Program-made: the position numbers and the translations under genes
Part shown: positions 1-17,039 of the stretch, piece after piece
Numbering within the stretch: position 1 is the first letter of the stretch
How the letters are laid out: the number at the start of each line of letters is the position of its first letter
The notes under the pieces: generated by a model
What the model was told of the DNA's origin: nothing
The model's database searches: none
What the model saw: the letters and a program-made list of their open reading frames with translations, nothing else
Source of the DNA: the human T2T-CHM13v2.0 reference genome, Homo sapiens
NCBI RefSeq assembly: GCF_009914755.1
Contig: NC_060927.1
Direction: 5' to 3' (one strand)
Length of the DNA stretch: 64,000 bases

Positions 1-92
1 CAGGGCATACACAGAGAAACATCCCCATGTGTACAAAGTAGCAAGAACCAAAATGTTTGCTTGAGCAATGCCTGTATTAAGAAAAAACTGGA

Positions 93-473
<381 letters not shown>

Positions 474-814
474 TTAGTAAGCATAAAGTTCATGCTGGGG
501 TGATGAAATAAGCTTTGGATTTGGATAGTGGTTTTATATAGATGTATACATATAACCTATATCTACATAAAACTGAACAAAAACAAAACTACGTATTTCT
601 ATAGGCACACATATATATGTGCAGATACCTTTAACGTGGTCAGGAAGAATACATCCAAATCATTAACAGGAAAGTGAGATTCAGGGGCAGGGCAAAAGGG
701 AGTGTTTCTTTTAACAGTATTGGGTAAACTTTTTAAGATAAAAATGTACTCATATGTTTACTTCAGTGATTTAAAATTTTAAGACAAAAAATGCATTTAT
801 TGACATGGAAAGCT

Positions 815-1250
815 ATTTATTCATTCTTTCAATAAATATTTACTGGAAACTTATTATGTGTCAGGCACAATAAAAAAAAATTAGAGATATATCAGTGAAG
901 AAAACAGACCAAAATCTCTGCCCTCATGAAGCTTATATTTTAGTGTAAGGAAGAAAGTATAATACTTTTTCTAAATGTCATAAGTGATAGAGCTGGGGAG
1001 GAATGACAGTGTGGGGTGGTTAAATCGGGTAGAGAGAAAGGAGGTTTCACTGAGAAGGTAACATATGGACAAAGACTTGAGGGAGCTACAGAAGGAAAGA
1101 GCATGCCAGGCAGAGGGAAAAGCCAGCAGAAAGGGCCTAAAGGGAGAGCATGTGAGAGTGAGCTATGTTCTAGGAATAGCAGGGAGGCCAGGGTAGTTGG
1201 TGCCAAGTAAGCAAGCAAGAACAAGTAGAAGGAGAAGAGGCAGGAGAGAG
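815..1250 (-). mobile_element. L2 fragment (approximate)
   Basis: ATTCATTC...AATAAATATTTACTG...TGTGTCAGGCAC and CTCTGCCCTCATGAAGCTTATATTTTAGT resemble the reverse-complemented L2 3' end. Confidence 0.6.
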
Positions 1251-1371
1251 GTCAACTTCACACTGCCTGCCACTCCCATGTACCTCTGTGAGTACCCCCC
1301 ACCTACAGCCCTTAAGGAACTATACTTACCAGGTGACCCTACTCCTCTGGGGGTAACAAAACGTAAAGGCA

Positions 1372-1990
1372 ATGTTGGTGGGAATGTAAAATGATGCAAC
1401 CACCTGGGAAAACAGTCTGGCAGTTCCTCAGTGTTAAACATAGAGTTACCATATGGGCCAGTATTTCACTCCTCAATATATACCCAAGACATTTGAAAAC
1501 ATATGTCCAAACATAAACTTGTTCATGAATGTTCGTAGTATTATTTATAATAGTCAAAAAATAGAAACAAATCAAATGTATCAACCAATTAATGGTTAAG
1601 TAAAATGTAATATATCTAATATAATGGAATATTATTCAGCCATAAAAAGAAATGAAGTACGAATACATACTACAACAAGGATAACCTTGAAAATATTGTA
1701 CATGAGAAGATAGACACTAAAGGCCACATATTATACGCTTCCATTTATATAAAATGACCACAGAGGCAAATTCACAGAGACAAGTGGGTAGATTGTGGTT
1801 GCCAAGGGCTGGTAGAGAAAAGGTAATGGATAACGACTACTAATATGTACAGGGTTGCTTTTGGGGGTATTAAAACATTCTAATATTAGACTGTGGTGAG
1901 AGTTGTACTATTCTGTGAATAAAAAAACTGTAAACTTTAAATAAGTGAGTTTTATGGTCTGTGAAATATATCTCAGTAAAACTATAAAAA
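1372..1990 (+). mobile_element. L1M (L1MB-like) 3' end
   Basis: GTTGGTGGGAATGTAAAATG, AACAGTCTGGCAGTTCCTC, ATGGAATATTATTCAGCCATAAAAAGAAATGAAG; A-rich end. Confidence 0.85.
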
Positions 1991-2139
1991 TGGTACTTAT
2001 ATTCAAGGACATAACTGTGCTTTTAAATAACATTTCAAATACAGAAGCCAATGACAAAAAAAAAAGAGACAAGATATCTGGGTTACCCTTAGGATATGCA
2101 ACAGAAGGAGAAAGGAAATAATTTGGCTGTTACTGGTTT

Positions 2140-2480
2140 GTATCAGTTAAGGTAATGTTATGCTTTAACAGATAAATTTCTATTTTCAATTGCTTAATCC
2201 AACAGATATGTATTTCCCACTCAGATGAAGTCCAAACAGGTGTTCCTAATCAGTAGGCAACTCTCCACCATGTGATTATTCATGAAGCCAAAAGCCTTCC
2301 GCCACATAGCTCTACCACCTTCAACAAAGTCTTCACAAATCATTCACTGTAGGGGATCACACATGGGAGGTTTTCATGGGACAGACCTAAAAGTGGTACG
2401 TCCCTTCCACCCACATTCCACTAATTAAAATCCGGTCACAAGACCCCATCCAACTACAAAGGAAGCTGCAAACTACAGTA
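2140..2480 (-). mobile_element. Old MaLR LTR fragment (MLT1J/K-like)
   Basis: TGTATCAGTTAAG start and CCCACATTCCA...GTCACA...CCAACTACAAAGGAAGCTG motif typical of old MLT1. Confidence 0.55.
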
Positions 2481-3744
2481 TGGCACTTCCCACCATTAGT
2501 AACAGAGTGCTTAAATTAGTATTGCCATTCACCAGAACTTATATTAACAGTGAATAGCAGTTATTCTACTTAAAGGAGGCTTCATGAATCAATAGTAGTG
2601 ATACTATGAACAGTCATGGAATTCTGTCAATAAATATTTACTGAGCACTTATTATCGCCACACCACATTTGTTCTAGGTGAAGAAATATTTTGAAACCTG
2701 CCCTCACGAATCTCATAATCTAAAGTGTGTAGATAGCCAGCAATAAAATAAATACAACTGAGCCTTGAACAACATGGGCATTAACTACATGGGTCCACTT
2801 ACAGATTTTTAAAAATAACTATCTTGGAAAAATTTTTGGAGATTTATGACAATTTGAAAAAACTTGCAGACAAACCATGTAGCTTAAAAATATCAAAAAA
2901 TTAAGAAAAAGGTGTGTTGTGAATGCATAAAATACATGTACCTATTAGTCTATCATTTACCACTTTTATATACAAATCTATTATTAAAAGTTAAAAAATA
3001 TCAAAACTTATACAAACACAGACTGTACATGGTGTCATTCCCAGTCCTGAGAAATGTAAACAAACCTAAAGATGCAGTTTTACATCATAACTACACAAAA
3101 TTAAGTGTAGTACATATTGCATCATTTGCAATATGAAATCATTTTGCAGCTATCTCCTGTTGCTATTGCCTTGAGCTCAAGTGTTGCGACTATCTCCGTA
3201 AAATGCTGTATGACACTAATCATCTCCACGTGGGCAATTCGTCTCTCCAGTAAAATGCATAAATAATATCACAATAAAAAGTGATCTCCCATGGTTCTTA
3301 CACATTTTTCATGATGCTTAGTGCAGTACTGTATTTAATAACACCGTAAGACCCATAGAAAGTACCGCTAGAGATGCTGGACGTGCTTTCAAGAAGCAGA
3401 AAGAAGTGGTGACATTATAAGAAAAAGCTGGATTGCTTGATATGTACAATAGATTGAGGTCTACAGCTGCAGCTGCCTCCATTTCAAGATAAGTAAATCC
3501 AGCACAAGGACCATTGTTTAAAAAAAAAAAAAAAAAAGCAAAGGAAATTTGTGAAGCCATCACTGCAGCTACGCCAACAGGTGCAAAAACCTCGCATTTT
3601 GTGTGAATTATGTTTTTATCTCATGTTGAAAATGCAGCTTTTATGTGGGTGCACGACTGCTGTAGAAAGGCATACCTATAAACTTTCATATGATTTGAGA
3701 AAAAGCAAAGTCATTATATGACAAAGCAAAAGAAAGGTGAAGGA

Positions 3745-4043
<299 letters not shown>

Positions 4044-4169
4044 AGGTGAAGGATCTAAAGCTGGAGGATTTAATGCCAGCAAAGGATGGTTTGATAATTT
4101 TAGAAAGTGGTTTGGCTTTAAAACTTTAGGAGGAGAAGCAGCTTCTGCTGACCAATAGGCAGCAAATGA

Positions 4170-4541
<372 letters not shown>

Positions 4542-5309
4542 CTGAACAGGTTTTTAATGCTGATGAAAGTGCTCTATTTTGGGGGAAAATGTGCTACAAA
4601 GGACATTAATTAGTAAGGAGAAGAAAGTACCCGGATTTAAGGGAGGAAAGGATAGGCTAACTTGACTATTTTGAGCAAGTGCAGTTAGGTTTATAATCAG
4701 GACAGCCCGCTAACCCCCACGCCTCGAAGGGAAAAGATAAAAGCCAGCTGCTAGTTTTTTGGTTGTACATTAAGGCCTGGACAAAAAGAACCCTTTTTCT
4801 GAACTGGTTCCATCAATGATTTGTCCCTGAAGTCAGGAAGTACCTTGCCAGTAAGGGTCTGCTTTTTCAAGTTCTTTTGATATTTGACAATGCCCCCAAG
4901 CCACCCATGAGTTCAACTCACCCCATGAGTTCAACACCAAAACTGGTGAAGGGCGTCTACTTGCTCCCAAACACAATGTCTCTAATTCAGTCCCTAGATC
5001 AGGAGCTCATAAGGGCCTTTAAGGCTCATTACACACATTCCTTTATGGAAAGGACTGTCAACACTATGCAAGAGAACCCTGATAGAACATCATGAAAGTC
5101 TGGAAGGATTACACTATTGAAGATTCCATTGTTATAGAAAAAGTCCTGAAAGCCATCAAGCCTGAAACAATAGACTCCTGCTAGAGAAAATTGTCCAGAT
5201 GTCCTGCATAACTTCACAGGATTGACAACAGAGCCAATCACAAAAATCATGAAAGAGGTTGTAGATACGGCCAAAAAGGTCGGAGGTGAAGGGTTAAGAT
5301 ATAGATCAT

Positions 5310-5826
<517 letters not shown>

Positions 5827-6379
5827 CTATGATATGGCACTGAAACTAAAGCAAACAGTGGAAGAGGAGTTGATACCATATAGAAACAGTTTTAGAGGAA
5901 GGAAAAAGCAAACATTCAGACAGAAACTATAATGTTATTTCTGAAAAGTTACACCACGTGTACCTGCCCCTCTTGCCTTCCTTTCTGCCTCCTCCCCTCT
6001 TCCACCTGTGGCACCCTAAGACAGCAACACCAACCTCTCCTCTTACTCCTCCTCAGCCTACCCAACGTGAAGATGACAAGGATGAAGACCTTTATGATGA
6101 TCCACTTCCACTCAGTGAAGAGTCAATATTAATATATTTTCTCTTCCTTATGATTTTCCTTGTAACATTTTTTCTCCAGCTTACTCTATTGTAAGAAAAC
6201 AGTATGTAATATATAACATATAAAATACGTGTTGATTGACTGCTTATGTTATTGTGGTAAGGCTTCTGGTCAACAGTAGGCTATTAGTAAAGTTTTTGAG
6301 AAGTCAAAAGTTATATGCAAATCTTCAACTGCGTGTGGGGTCAACACCCCTGTGTTGTTCAAGGGTCAACTATAATATG

Positions 6380-7070
6380 TATGTTGAATGAAAACAAATG
6401 TTAGGAGAAAAAAACTGAACAAGGGAGGAGGACAGGGAGTCCTACTTTTAACAGAGTGATCAAAGCCTTAGTGTTGAGGTAACACAAAACAACACCAGAG
6501 GGAAATGAGGAAGTGAGCCATGTGGGTACGTGCGGAAGAATATTCAAGGCAGAAAAACAAAAAGAGCAAAGTCTCTGAAGTGGGAGCTTGTGTGGCGTAT
6601 TTGAGGCCACAGTGGTTGGAACAAAATGATCACAGCAGAGATGCTAGGAGATGAACTCAGGAAGCTATCAGGGAGTCATATTTTATATGAACTTGCAGGC
6701 TGCTGTGAAGATTTTGGCTTTGGGGAAGCCATTGAAGGATTCTGAGCAGAGGAGGAACATAATTTGATTTATCTTTTAAAAGGATCACTCTGCAGCTATG
6801 TGAGAAGAAAGCAAGAGCAGAAGCAGGAAGACCAACTAAAAAGACCACAGAATAATCCAAGTGAAAGGTGTTGGTGGCTAGGTCTAGGACAGGAGAAGTG
6901 AAAATGTGGAGGAAGATGTAAGATGGATTTGGTGTATGAGAGAAAGAGCAGTATCTGGGCTGACTGAAGTTTCTGGCTTAAGCAACTGGAAGGATAGAAC
7001 TGCCACTTATGGAAAAAGGGAAGTCTGAAGTAGGAATGGTTTGAGGAAGAAAAATTATGATGAGCTTCAG
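6380..7070 (-). mobile_element. L2 fragment (approximate)
   Basis: GAAGCCATTGAAGGATTCTGAGCAGAGGAG, TTTTAAAAGGATCACTCTG, GAAGTTTCTGGCTTAAGCAACTGGAAGGAT typical of L2. Confidence 0.7.
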
Positions 7071-7583
7071 TGCAAAATAGGGCAATATGATTACTTCCCT
7101 CACCACTAAAGGTTTGTTCTTGGAGTTTTCAGGAAAATGTTTTCAATCAACAAAAGTATAATTACTATCTGTGTAGTGTCTCCAATTTATAAGCTTTTTT
7201 TCACCCACGATGCTTCATTTGAACATCATAAAAAACTTTTTTAGACAGCAAGAATGGGGCCAATTCTTTTTTTTTTTGCCCCTTGGGAACCTCCTTGTTG
7301 GCTTCAATCCCATCTTACATTTCACGTTCTCTAGGTTTACCAATCAGCCTTGAAGGCATTTCCCCATAGCAATTCAGTAATTTATGCTGCCTTGTTTTTT
7401 AACATTCCAATTTCAACACCCACATACTTTCCAATACAGGCACTTCAATGACAAATTTTCTAGCTTTCTTTAATGTATGTCTTTCAATAATCTCAGGCAT
7501 AAATAATCTTTAAAAATTCATACTATAATGAATACTATATTGAATATAGGTAATATATATTATTATAATATATACTGAATACT

Positions 7584-7589
<6 letters not shown>

Positions 7590-7632
<43 letters not shown>
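7590..7632. repeat. (TG)n microsatellite, about 21 units
   Basis: Seen directly. Confidence 0.98.
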
Positions 7633-7633
<1 letters not shown>

Positions 7634-8239
7634 TATTCATACTATAATGATTCATACTATAATGAGTTTGGAAATATCAGGCTGACCACCCTATAAATCC
7701 CTGGTCCACAGTTGGCTAAGTATGACCACTTCGCAGCCCGGCTTCCTTAGCAATTACTGATTAGTACCAGGATATTGAGCACCTCCTCTTTGCCAGATAC
7801 CAAGACGACTAAATTGCAGTTTTGAAATTATCTTTCACTGTACCAGAATATGTCAAAAGCATTTAAAATCATTCTTTATCCTTATATTATCTTATAGGCT
7901 GGAACGGTAGCTCTTCCAGAGTTCAAATATGATTACATTTTCATCAATTAAATGCTTTATTTATGGGAGCCAGTAACATGAGCACATGTTGAAACAGTAT
8001 GTCTTTGTTCTGATTAAATCAGGAGCTATTTGATTCACCAACACAAGCACTGTCAAAACATACCAATTCCAATAGTATTATAAAAAGATTATAGGAAAAG
8101 ACCATGTTCAGTTATGAAAAGACTTGAAATTATTCTGTAATTTCATGGTTGCTGTTTCTCAGCTTTCTCATGTCAAGTCACAGATCAGAAACTTCATCTC
8201 AACAGAACAAATGCTTGTTAACCATTTATCAAGAAAAAA

Positions 8240-8450
8240 GAAAAGATTATTTGAGTACCTACTATGTATGTGCCTGGCACTTTTTATGTATTGTATACTA
8301 AATAATTAGGCACACAGAACACTGTCCAACACATGGTAAGCTTAATATTTAAGTGTTTATTATTTTTTAATAATCTTTTATTTAATCCTATTCTGCTTAA
8401 CTCATACAATGATAATTCCATTTTACAGATGAGGAAAAGTTAACATGTCA
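8240..8450. mobile_element. MIR fragments
   Basis: TTTGAGTACCTACTATGTATGTGCCTGGCAC and CCATTTTACAGATGAGGAAA MIR core. Confidence 0.6.
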
Positions 8451-8665
8451 GTTCATACACAGTCATGCATCGCTTAATAATGAGGATATGTTCTGAGAAA
8501 TTTGTTGTTTGGCAATTTTGTCATTATTCGAACATCATAGGGTATACTTACGCAAACCTAGATGGTGCGGCCTACTATACACCTAGGCTATACGGTGTAG
8601 CCTATTGCCCCTAGGCTACAAACCTGTAGGCAACTGTAACACAATGGTAAGTATTTGTGTATCTA

Positions 8666-9100
<435 letters not shown>

Positions 9101-9346
9101 TCAGTCAGTGGTGAGTGAATGTGAAGGCCTGGGATATTACTGTATACTACTGTAGACTTTCTAAACACTGCACATGTAAGCCACATTAAATTTGTTTTAA
9201 GAATACTTTTCTTCCTTCCATAATAAATTAACCTTAGCTTACTGTAACTTTATAAACTTTTTGATTTTTAAAATTTTTTTGACTTTCTTGTAATAACACA
9301 TAGCTTAAAATACAAACACTGTATAGCTGTACAAAAATATTTTTTT

Positions 9347-9840
<494 letters not shown>

Positions 9841-12194
9841 CTATAACTTTTTTCTATTAACTTTTTATTTACTTGTTAAAACTTTTTGTTAAAAACTAAC
9901 ACAACAGCCTAGGACTACACACGACCAGGATCATCAATATCGTTGTCTTCCACCTCCACATCCTGTCCCACTGGAAGATCTTCGGGAGCAATAACATGCA
10001 TGGAGCTGCCATCTCCTTGATAACAGTGCCTCCTTCTGGAATACCTCCTGAAGGACCTGTCTGAGGCTGGCTTACAGTTAATTTTTTTTTAATAAATAAA
10101 AGGCATATACTCTAAAATAATGATTTAAAAGTACAGTAAATAAACCACAGTTATATATTATGATCAAGTATTATGTACTGTACATAACTGTATGTGTTAT
10201 GCTTTTATACAACTGCCAGTGCAGGTTTATTTACACCAGTACCACAACAAACACGAGTAGGTATCTCACTATGACTTTAGGATGGCTACTACATCATCAT
10301 TAGGCCATAGGAATTTTTCATCTCCATTATAACTGTATGGGACCACCGTCATATATACAGGCCACCATTGACTGAAACACCATCATGCCATGCATGACTG
10401 TAGATAGGAAGCAGCAGGGGCAGCATTTGAACCCTCATCTGATCCCAAGCCTGAGCTCCTTAGTGTTTCTGGGCTCTGGGGCTTTTCTTGGAGCTCAGAG
10501 AATACAAGGATAATTGTGAGGTATGTCTTATACCATAGAGTGATGGCCCTAGATGATCTGCGCTCAAGTTGTTTTATTCATTCATTCATTTAACTTCTAA
10601 GTTCCATACTGTTCTGCTTAGAATGGTGAGTAACCAAGAGTCTGGATGGCACCTAGACAGATGCTGCCATCTATAAGCTTCTAAAATCTTATTCTAGTAG
10701 GGCCCTAAAACAGATTAATTCATATGAAAGGATACAGTACACATTTTTAAATTAAAACACATTTCCTTATTAATTCTTTAATGGAATGGAATAACACTGA
10801 ATTAAGAATGGAATAACACTGAATTTAGCCAAAAGGCTAAAAAAATCAGTGTAATAAACAGCCATCATCAAAAATGTCAGAATCATCAGGAAAGCATAAA
10901 AAACAAAGTCTTTCCCCAACGGAGTAAGAGGCTCTGCCTCAACCCAGAAGAGAGCTGAGGGGAAGTTATAGTGGTTGACTTAGAGAGACCCTTGGGAGGT
11001 CCAATCACTCACCAAACTTTAACTCGTGATTATAAGAGAGGATGCTCTGGGGATTTTGCTGCTTTGTATTGTTACATTAAACATACAAGCATTTTTAAAA
11101 GCTCTATGTTAGAATTTAAAGATGCCTAGACTATAGACACATATGCTGTACAATTAATTCACTGGAATTTTTTTTAAGTTTAAGGCCCTATAAGAACTAG
11201 ATTATCAGTTATAAATATTGAGAACTTTTGGATAGGCTACCACCCCTCAAAAATCACGACAGGCAACCATACAGGTCAGTCCCTCAAGAACACCTCAAGA
11301 ACCTGTCCCTCAAGAACGCCTCCCAACTCCAGGGTAATGCTGCTGCGAGGGTATCCTCGGGGAAACACAATGGTGAATGTCTGCTGCAAAACACTGAGCC
11401 AATACCTAAGAGGCATGCTGAACATTTAACAACAATGATACTAGGAACAAGTATTAGTTATTTAGAAAAAGTATAAATTATTTAGAACACAAAACAACTC
11501 TTCAGGAGCTTTTAAAGTAAGTGCTTCCAAAAAAGGAGTAAATCTCTGGTTACTACTAGAGATGTACTACGTAACACATTAAATCTGTAAAATAATTTGG
11601 CACAAAAAGTTAAATGGACATGAGGAAAAAAACCAGCCTAGGTTATGATAATTAATTAGGAATCTAAACAGACTTATATGCAAGATGTAAAACCAAAACC
11701 CTAACTGGCAGAATAGCAGTCTACTTACTTACCTGTTATTTCCAAAGCGCAGCAGGACACTTGGCAGCCTTCTGTTTGGTTAGTATTAGACCCTAGTCAC
11801 ACCTTAATAGTTGTTTTTATAGATTTCAGTACCCCCACACCTTTCAATCTAACATATGTAAACATTCTCTGAAAACCAAAAGTATCTAATGTTAAATATA
11901 TAGAAATTTTTGGTTAAATCTCTACACCTGTTAAACAGAAAGATTCCTCTTCCTGATTTCTTTTCTCCACTTTTCTATTCTTTCCTTAAAAATAATTTGG
12001 TTTCTTTCCTACCACTAAATTATTATTTTGTGAACTTAAATGCAATATTACAAAGGTGGCCAGTTTTCTAAGATTAGGACTTACCAATTCCACTTTACAG
12101 TGCTTAGTACAAAATTATTGGTATAATTTTCAATCCTTAATAATACTATGCTACTAATGGTCATGTTTTCATGTGTTATAAGAAACATGCCTTT

Positions 12195-12326
12195 TGGGAG
12201 GCTGAGGCAGGAGAATGGTGTGTGAACCCGGGAGCCAGAGCTTGCAGTGAGCTCAGATTGTGCCACTGCACTCCAGCCTCACTCCATCTCAAAAAAAAAA
12301 AAAAAAGAAAGAAAGAAAGAAAGAAA
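12195..12326 (+). mobile_element. 5'-truncated Alu (AluY-like) with (GAAA)n tail
   Basis: Partial right monomer; TSD AAGAAACATGCCTT. Confidence 0.9.
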
Positions 12327-12387
12327 GAAACATGCCTTCCATAAAACTATTCCTACTAATGTTCATGTTTTATAAGAAAAAAATAAG

Positions 12388-12690
<303 letters not shown>

Positions 12691-13527
12691 TTACATAATG
12701 TATAACTTCTTTCAGCCTTGGACAAAACTATCATTGAAACAGACGTCTGAAGTCATCCAAACAGGCCGACAAGAATTTAAAACTTCATTATTTGCAAATT
12801 AACAACGAAAAAGGTAGGCTTAAGGCAGACAATTGGTTACTAATGTCTCCTTCAAAGGGAAAAAATTTCCAGCACCATCTACTAAAACTGTTCGGATATA
12901 TTCCAAAGGCTAGTTGTCTTTTAGGATTTTTCTTGGGAGGGGTTGTTCATTTTAATTGTTGCATTTAAAATGTTCAAAAAATAAATGGGCTTAGTTGGTC
13001 AAAACACAACCACTCACTCAGGAAAAACATCATCATAAAGGTAAAAATAACTCAAAGCATACACCCGAAGTCATTAAAAGGTTTTTCCTCAGTTTTCTCT
13101 TATAGGATGTGAGATAAATGCAGTATTATTCTCTATTAAAGTATAAAAGACAACTCGACTCAGTTGTCTAACTCACATTAAATTCCTCCAAAATGGTATT
13201 TTGAAGAGTATCACAGGCTCAGCCACATCAAGTTTGGAATTTTGTGACACAGAGTCAGATGACAGAACACTCAGTCCTTCCTCACTTGGAAACAAAAACC
13301 AAATGCTTGAAGAGACTTAATGTCAAATCTAACTATGCAAAGTCTTAAGTTTACTTCAATTTCATCTCAAAGCAATCTTTAAAGAAAAAAAATCAATAAG
13401 CCATTCAAACACCAGAATACTACTTTTCTCGGAATCTTTAACAAAACGTCAAACAAATTCAGACTGTTGGACTGTTAAACTTCAAAGAGCCACCTTAATA
13501 TTTTGAAAACATCAAGAAAAAGTTGAG

Positions 13528-13597
13528 CAAGAAAGAGAGGAAAGGGAGGGAGAGAAGAAGGAAAGAAGGATGGATGGAAAGAAGGAAGGAAGGAAAA
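13528..13597. repeat. Purine-rich (GGAA/GAAA) low-complexity tract
   Basis: Seen directly. Confidence 0.85.
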
Positions 13598-14158
13598 GTT
13601 TTCTCAACTTTAACAAATACTATTATCAAAGCTAAGGAGTTTTGGCCTTGGGAATTCAGATATTACGCATAAAACAAGGAAATAAACCTAATGAACAAAC
13701 ATTACTACTATGGGGTGATGTCAACCTTGCAATTTTGGAGAGAGATTAATGAAGTGGGGTGAAGTATAAAGAGAATAATTTTTTCACTTCAAATGATGAG
13801 TAATGAAGTTCAACATATAAACATTTTTTGTTTGCTCATTTTTTCCCAAATAACTACTTTACACCCACATTACTGTCTCATTTGCAAACGTCTGCATAGT
13901 ATCTTCAGCAACTATACCTAGCACTGCATTTTTACATACATTAAGCCAGCTGCCTGGATGATTTTTTAAAATTGCTCTTTGTTTCACTGAATAACTGAGG
14001 CTGGTGACTCTAAAAGTTAGAGAAAACTTTAATAAGTAACACCCAGTCCAACAGTCCTCAACAGTTCTGTTGTACACACCATTCCCATGTGCCAACATTT
14101 CCTCAAATAACAGCTCTCCATTACCCTACAGTGCTTTTCTAGAGAATTCTTCCCTACC

Positions 14159-14825
<667 letters not shown>

Positions 14826-15194
14826 TCATCCATCCCCGAGGAGGAGATTGTCCATTTCTGTGTTCCAACACCATCAATGACACAGGGATAAAAAACTCCC
14901 ACGACTACCTTCTAGGATAATCTATTCCACTTCTAAGCAGCTCCGCCACAAAGCCTGTCCTTAACCTGCTGCAAAGTCCCTATGGCTTCTGCCCATTGCT
15001 GTTGCCCACTCAGAATGAGTCTGTGTTCATTCACTCACACAGAGCCCTTCACATAGCTGAGAGAACTAACGTTCATCAACTGTTCTTCCTAAGCAGGTCC
15101 TGAGCTGCCTCACCTTCCTAGTCCCTCCTCTAAAATACATTCCAGTTTATCTGTAGCCCAAAACAGAATACAAAAGAATAAAGTATTGTTTATA

Positions 15195-15340
15195 ATACAA
15201 AGGGTAAGTGTTTGAGGATGGACACCTCTATTTTACATTACGTGATTATTACACATTCTATGTCTGTATCAAAACATCTCACATACCCCATAAATACATA
15301 CACCTCTATGTAGCCACAAAAATTAAAATAAAAAAAATTT
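15195..15340 (+). mobile_element. L1MA-like 3' terminal fragment
   Basis: GTGATTATTACACATT...CATACCCCATAAATACATACACCT...CACAAAAATTAAAA. Confidence 0.75.
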
Positions 15341-17039
15341 TTTTAATAATAAATTAAAATGTTAAAGTGATTTTGATTTCTGCTTTATATCGTGTATTTC
15401 TGTGACTAGGCCAAACAGGTCATGGGTAAATCTGCTCAGTTAATTAGACTTTGATATTGAGCTCTTGGTAATCAGTCTTAATGGAACAAAAACTACTCCT
15501 TCCTCAGTATGTTTCCTTAAACTAACCAATAATTTCATAAAAGCAGATCATCTTTCAGAAGGAAAAACTACGGGAAATCATAGGTGGGTTAGCACACTCC
15601 ACAATGTAAAGGAAACAATAAATATACATTCCCATGCAAAATTCAATTCTCTCTCTTCAAAACTACCACAGCATTTTGTGGGACCCTCTAGAAGAGCATT
15701 TCACCTGGAGTGATTCAGGCCTACCTGCTCCTCAGGGTCTGGGCCCCACCTTCATCTTTCTCTATGATTTTACACTGTGCCTGACAGTGGTGAGCTTGCA
15801 ACTTCTGTCTGAATGAAACTGATCAGGAGTAGTTCTGGCAGCTATTTAGATAGAATTGGAGTCTCAGCACTCATTATTTATCATACTCATCCTTTAATTT
15901 AAAAGAGGGCCAAGAAAACCAAATTATTTAAAGATTTCCCAATTTCTGAAAATATAATGCTGTATCAGTTGTTTTTTTTTTAAGCAGCTCAAAAAATAGC
16001 ACATAGAGCAGGTAAAAAGGGTAGGAAAAATTTTTTTCTATGCAAAAGCCTTAACATTTATAAACTTCAACCAAATCCCTATAAAAAACATGTAGTTTTT
16101 GCACTGTGTAGTCCATATGCTAAATGGACATGTTTAGTTACATGTTTTCTTGAGCAGTACTTTTTATTTGTAGCAAAGCTATTACATCTTATACATTATA
16201 TTACACGTAAAAGTCCATTTTAAACCAAATTACTTCAAAATTTGACCTATATTACATCTGGCACAGACTAGCTGTTCTGCTATACTGTTTAAATGCCTGC
16301 TATATTCGCAGCAGTTACTTTATAAAACACATAATCTTTATGTGCTAGCAGTAAATTTCTATACCTTTAAGGGATAATTCTAGGCTAATCAATTAGTATA
16401 CCAACCTTCCCTATCCCCGACCCCATTCATTCACTTGGCCCTGACCATGCTAAGCATCTGCTACATATAACTCCTAGTAGGAGGTACAACTATGTAGAAA
16501 CACTACAAAGTTACTGTGACAGTATTTAAAACAGATGCACTGACAGCCAAAAAAAAGGGGAAAAAAATCCCATACAAAAATTGTGAAAAGAGTTAAGATA
16601 CAAAAGAAAAAAATAACAGTAAAATAGCAAGCGCTCAATATAATTTATGTCAATTTTGTAACTTTTCTTATTTATACACAAGATCAAGGAAAGAACAGAA
16701 AATCCTTTTATAACAATAAAACAGTGTAAGAGACAGAAGCATCGTAAGTCAAAGCTAAAAAAAAGCAACCAATTATTATATACTCATTACAAAATAATAC
16801 ACTGGGAAAAGGTCGAAACTGTAATTGGCTCTTATAAAGCAGTAATTCAGGATATATACAGTCTATGACTGTAAAGCACATCTTTATAATACAAGTAGAA
16901 CACTTTCATACAGTTTCTAACAGAAGGGTTTATTCATAAGCCATTACTGCAGAGGAAAACAACAACAGACAAATCCTCAACCTGTTAATAAGTTCAAACT
17001 GTTTGCCAATTCAACTGGGAAATAATGCATTAGAAAAAA

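Noticed and set aside
4877-5095. ORF with pogo transposase motifs as a functional or domesticated gene
   Set aside because: A short fragment of a Tigger2 transposase broken by stops, frameshifts and Alus
13528-13597. GGAA tract as an ETS-fusion-responsive microsatellite
   Set aside because: Only about three consecutive perfect GGAA units
15725-15808. Possible minus-strand exon (TTTCATTCAG...GAGCAG|GTAGGC)
   Set aside because: Short pyrimidine tract, moderate donor, unrecognisable peptide; expected by chance
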